A DNA stretch of 28,845 nucleotides from Chlamydiia bacterium. GTDB taxonomy: Bacteria; Chlamydiota; Chlamydiia; Chlamydiales; JBMOFD01. The translations under genes were made by a program, and so were the position numbers. The stretch's first letter is position 1. Each line of letters begins with the position of its first letter. The DNA is taken from assembly GCA_049314435.1 (NCBI GenBank), contig JBMOFD010000016.1:1-28845 (forward strand), read 5' to 3'. The notes beneath the pieces are model-generated. The model saw only the letters and a program-made list of their open reading frames with translations. It was not told the DNA's origin and searched no databases. Shown in pieces: positions 26,348 through 28,845 of this stretch.

Positions 26348-28845
26348 TTGGCAGCATACGTTCCTCTCCACACTCGCTCGCAATACTCGATCCTTGAGGC
26401 TGCGGCTCCGATCAAAGGTCTGGCTGCTCGCGCTAAGCAGGAGAACCTTCCTGCCCTGGGGCTGACCGATCGCGGGAACCTCTATGGGGCGGTCGATTTC
26501 TATAGGTCCTGCACGGAGTATGGCATCAAGCCGCTGATCGGCTGCGAGCTCTTTGTCGCTCCAGGCTCTCGTACAGAGAAGCGTCGCATTCCAGGGCAAC
26601 GAGTCGCCTATCCCCTGATCGTCTTGGCCATGAACAGCACAGGCTATAGGAACCTGTGCCGTCTCTCTTCCAAGGGTTTTCTGGAAGGCTTCTATTACAT
26701 TCCTAGAGTGGATCGAGAGCTACTGACCCGATACAACGAGGGCCTTTTAGTCCTGTCTGGCTCCACTGAGGGGCTCCTCTCTCAACTCCTGCTCCAGGGG
26801 AATCCAGAGACGGTGGCGGAGGAGCTGCGCTTTTTACAGCAGACCTTCAACGATCGACTCTATATCCAGCTCAGCCGATCTCCGATGTCCCCCGTGGAAC
26901 AGGAAGAGGATCGCATGGGCGATGAGCCATGGGTCCTGCAGCAACTGCAGAGTGCCATGGCGCAACAGGAGCAGGCCAATCAGCGGCTCTGTGAACTCGC
27001 TCAAGCGCATGCACTTCCTCTGGTCGCCACACATGAGGTCCTCTATTTGGACCGACCAGATTGGCGAGCTCAGGAGGTTTTGCTGAATGTGCTTTCTGGG
27101 GAACCCTGTGAGATTTGGGAGCGCGATTCCCAGGGGCAGCCCAAGCAGCTGATCCCCAATCCCAAGCGTGAAACACGTGCAAGCCACGCTCACCACTTTC
27201 TATCTACTGAGCAGATGGTCGCTCTCTATGCCGATCATCCGGGGGCCCTTGCACAAACCCTCGAGATCGCTGAGCGCTGTGATCTCACTCTAGACTTCAA
27301 GACGAAGCACTACCCTGTCTTTGTTCCTCCAGAGCTGCAGAAGAGATCGTTTAAGGAAGAGGAGCGTAAGGAGGCCGCAGCGGTTTACCTGCGTGAGATG
27401 TGCCAGGTAGCGATCTCTAAAAAATATACAGGGGCCCGCCTGCAGGCTTTGCAGGAGAAATTTCCTGGGCAGGATCCCTTGGACCTGGTCCAACAGCGCC
27501 TGAACTATGAACTAGACCTGATCATAGCCAAGGAGCTGGGAGACTACCTGCTCATCGTGTTTGATATCTTGGACTGGGCCAAAAAGAAGGGCATTCCGGT
27601 AGGTCCTGGTCGCGGATCGGGTGCTGGCTCGATCATCTGCTATCTTCTAGGGATCACAGAGATCGAGCCTCTGAGGTTTGATCTCTTCTTCGAACGATTC
27701 ATCAATCCAGAACGTCTCTCCTATCCCGATATCGACGTCGATATCTGCATGGCGCGTCGATCGGAAGTGATCGACTACGTGGTGCAGAGATATGGCTCTG
27801 AAAACGTCGCACAGATCATCACCTTTGGGACGATCAAGGCAAAGATGGCCGTCAAGGATGTAGGCCGTGTGCTGAGCATCCCTCTGACCAAAGTGAACAC
27901 CATTGCCAAATTGATTCCGGAGGACCCTCAGATCACATTGGAGGGCGCTCTTGAACAAGACCCCGACCTTCGTCAGCTCTATGAGACCGATGCGGAGACA
28001 CAGCGGATCATCGATCTTGGCCGCAAGATCGAGGGAGCGATACGCAGTACAGGTGTACATGCAGCGGGCATCATCATCTCTGGTGGGGTCACCACCGATT
28101 TCATTCCCATTTGCAATGCCAAGGATTCCGATCTGCCCGTCACGCAGTATGCGATGAAGCCCGTAGAAGCGGTCGGCATGCTGAAGATGGACCTCCTGGG
28201 ACTGAAGACACTGACCTGCATCCAGATTGCCTGTGAGTCGATCCAGCAGAGCCATCAACTGACCTTAGATTGGCTGAATCTCCCTCTAGACGATGAGAAG
28301 ACTTTTGCTCTTCTCAATCAGGGTCGGACGATGGGGATTTTCCAGCTGGAAAGTGGTGGAATGCAGGACCTAGCCCGTCAGCTGCACCTCGACCGTTTTG
28401 AGGAGATCATTGCCGTTCTCTCTCTCTATCGCCCAGGCCCCATGGAGATGATCCCCAGCTTCATCCGACGTAAGCATGGGAAAGAGCCCATTGACTATGA
28501 CCATCCCGAGATGGAGGAGATCCTCAAAGAGACCTACGGGATCATGGTATACCAAGAGCAGGTGATGCAGATCGCTCAGAGGCTAGCGTGCTACTCCCTT
28601 GGTGAGGGCGACGTGCTACGCCGAGCCATGGGTAAAAAGGATAAAGAGGAGATGGCGCGTCAACGCCAGAAGTTCCTCACAGGAGCCCAAGAGCATGGGC
28701 TAATCCTGGAAACTGCCTCCCTCATCTTCGACAAGATGGAGCGCTTTGCCGCGTACGGGTTCAACAAGTCACATGCTGCGGCCTATAGCATGGTCTGCTA
28801 TGTGACCGCCTATCTGAAGGCCAACTATCCAGGCCACTGGATGGC
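26348..28845 (+). CDS. dnaE: DNA polymerase III alpha subunit, 5' part (runs off window; absent from ORF track)
   Basis: From TTG 26348: MAAYVPLHTRSQYSILEA...GIKPLIGCE...VGPGRGSGAGS...FERFINPERLSYPDIDVDI...GVHAAG...YGFNKSHAAAY. Confidence 0.97.
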   Translation, partial: MAAYVPLHTRSQYSILEAAAPIKGLAARAKQENLPALGLTDRGNLYGAVDFYRSCTEYGIKPLIGCELFVAPGSRTEKRRIPGQRVAYPLIVLAMNSTGYRNLCRLSSKGFLEGFYYIPRVDRELLTRYNEGLLVLSGSTEGLLSQLLLQGNPETVAEELRFLQQTFNDRLYIQLSRSPMSPVEQEEDRMGDEPWVLQQLQSAMAQQEQANQRLCELAQAHALPLVATHEVLYLDRPDWRAQEVLLNVLSGEPCEIWERDSQGQPKQLIPNPKRETRASHAHHFLSTEQMVALYADHPGALAQTLEIAERCDLTLDFKTKHYPVFVPPELQKRSFKEEERKEAAAVYLREMCQVAISKKYTGARLQALQEKFPGQDPLDLVQQRLNYELDLIIAKELGDYLLIVFDILDWAKKKGIPVGPGRGSGAGSIICYLLGITEIEPLRFDLFFERFINPERLSYPDIDVDICMARRSEVIDYVVQRYGSENVAQIITFGTIKAKMAVKDVGRVLSIPLTKVNTIAKLIPEDPQITLEGALEQDPDLRQLYETDAETQRIIDLGRKIEGAIRSTGVHAAGIIISGGVTTDFIPICNAKDSDLPVTQYAMKPVEAVGMLKMDLLGLKTLTCIQIACESIQQSHQLTLDWLNLPLDDEKTFALLNQGRTMGIFQLESGGMQDLARQLHLDRFEEIIAVLSLYRPGPMEMIPSFIRRKHGKEPIDYDHPEMEEILKETYGIMVYQEQVMQIAQRLACYSLGEGDVLRRAMGKKDKEEMARQRQKFLTGAQEHGLILETASLIFDKMERFAAYGFNKSHAAAYSMVCYVTAYLKANYPGHWM

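Noticed and set aside
1..28845. CRISPR array, IS element, prophage or defence system
   Set aside because: No spaced direct repeats, transposase, integrase or nuclease ORFs were recognised in the window

Overview
Core-genome segment of a Chlamydiae (Chlamydiota) bacterium with unusually high GC (roughly 55% by eye). Minus strand, in order along the window: 5' part of tRNA-Leu(TAA), grgA (CT504-like regulator), gapA, and the chlamydial-style rplC...secY-rpsM-rpsK-rpoA-rplQ ribosomal superoperon. Next come two tandem paralogous multi-hydrophobic proteins (563 and 625 aa) in the slot occupied by cap1/CT529 in C. trachomatis, then trxA, trmL, mip and hisS. Two hypothetical genes follow (one an FHA-like membrane protein), then plus-strand uhpC and the 5' part of dnaE. 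The main points of interest are: (1) the paralogous pair of Inc/Cap1-like candidate secreted membrane proteins, each apparently built from two internal copies of one module; (2) the two genes are separated by a terminator and have different promoter types, a near-consensus sigma54 site versus an extended -10 sigma66-type site; (3) a DnaE whose PHP proofreading metal ligands are mostly substituted; (4) several densely structured leaders (rplC, grgA, rplQ) and a perfect 19-bp inverted repeat before dnaE. All assignments come from reading the sequence and recalled family knowledge; no searches were run.
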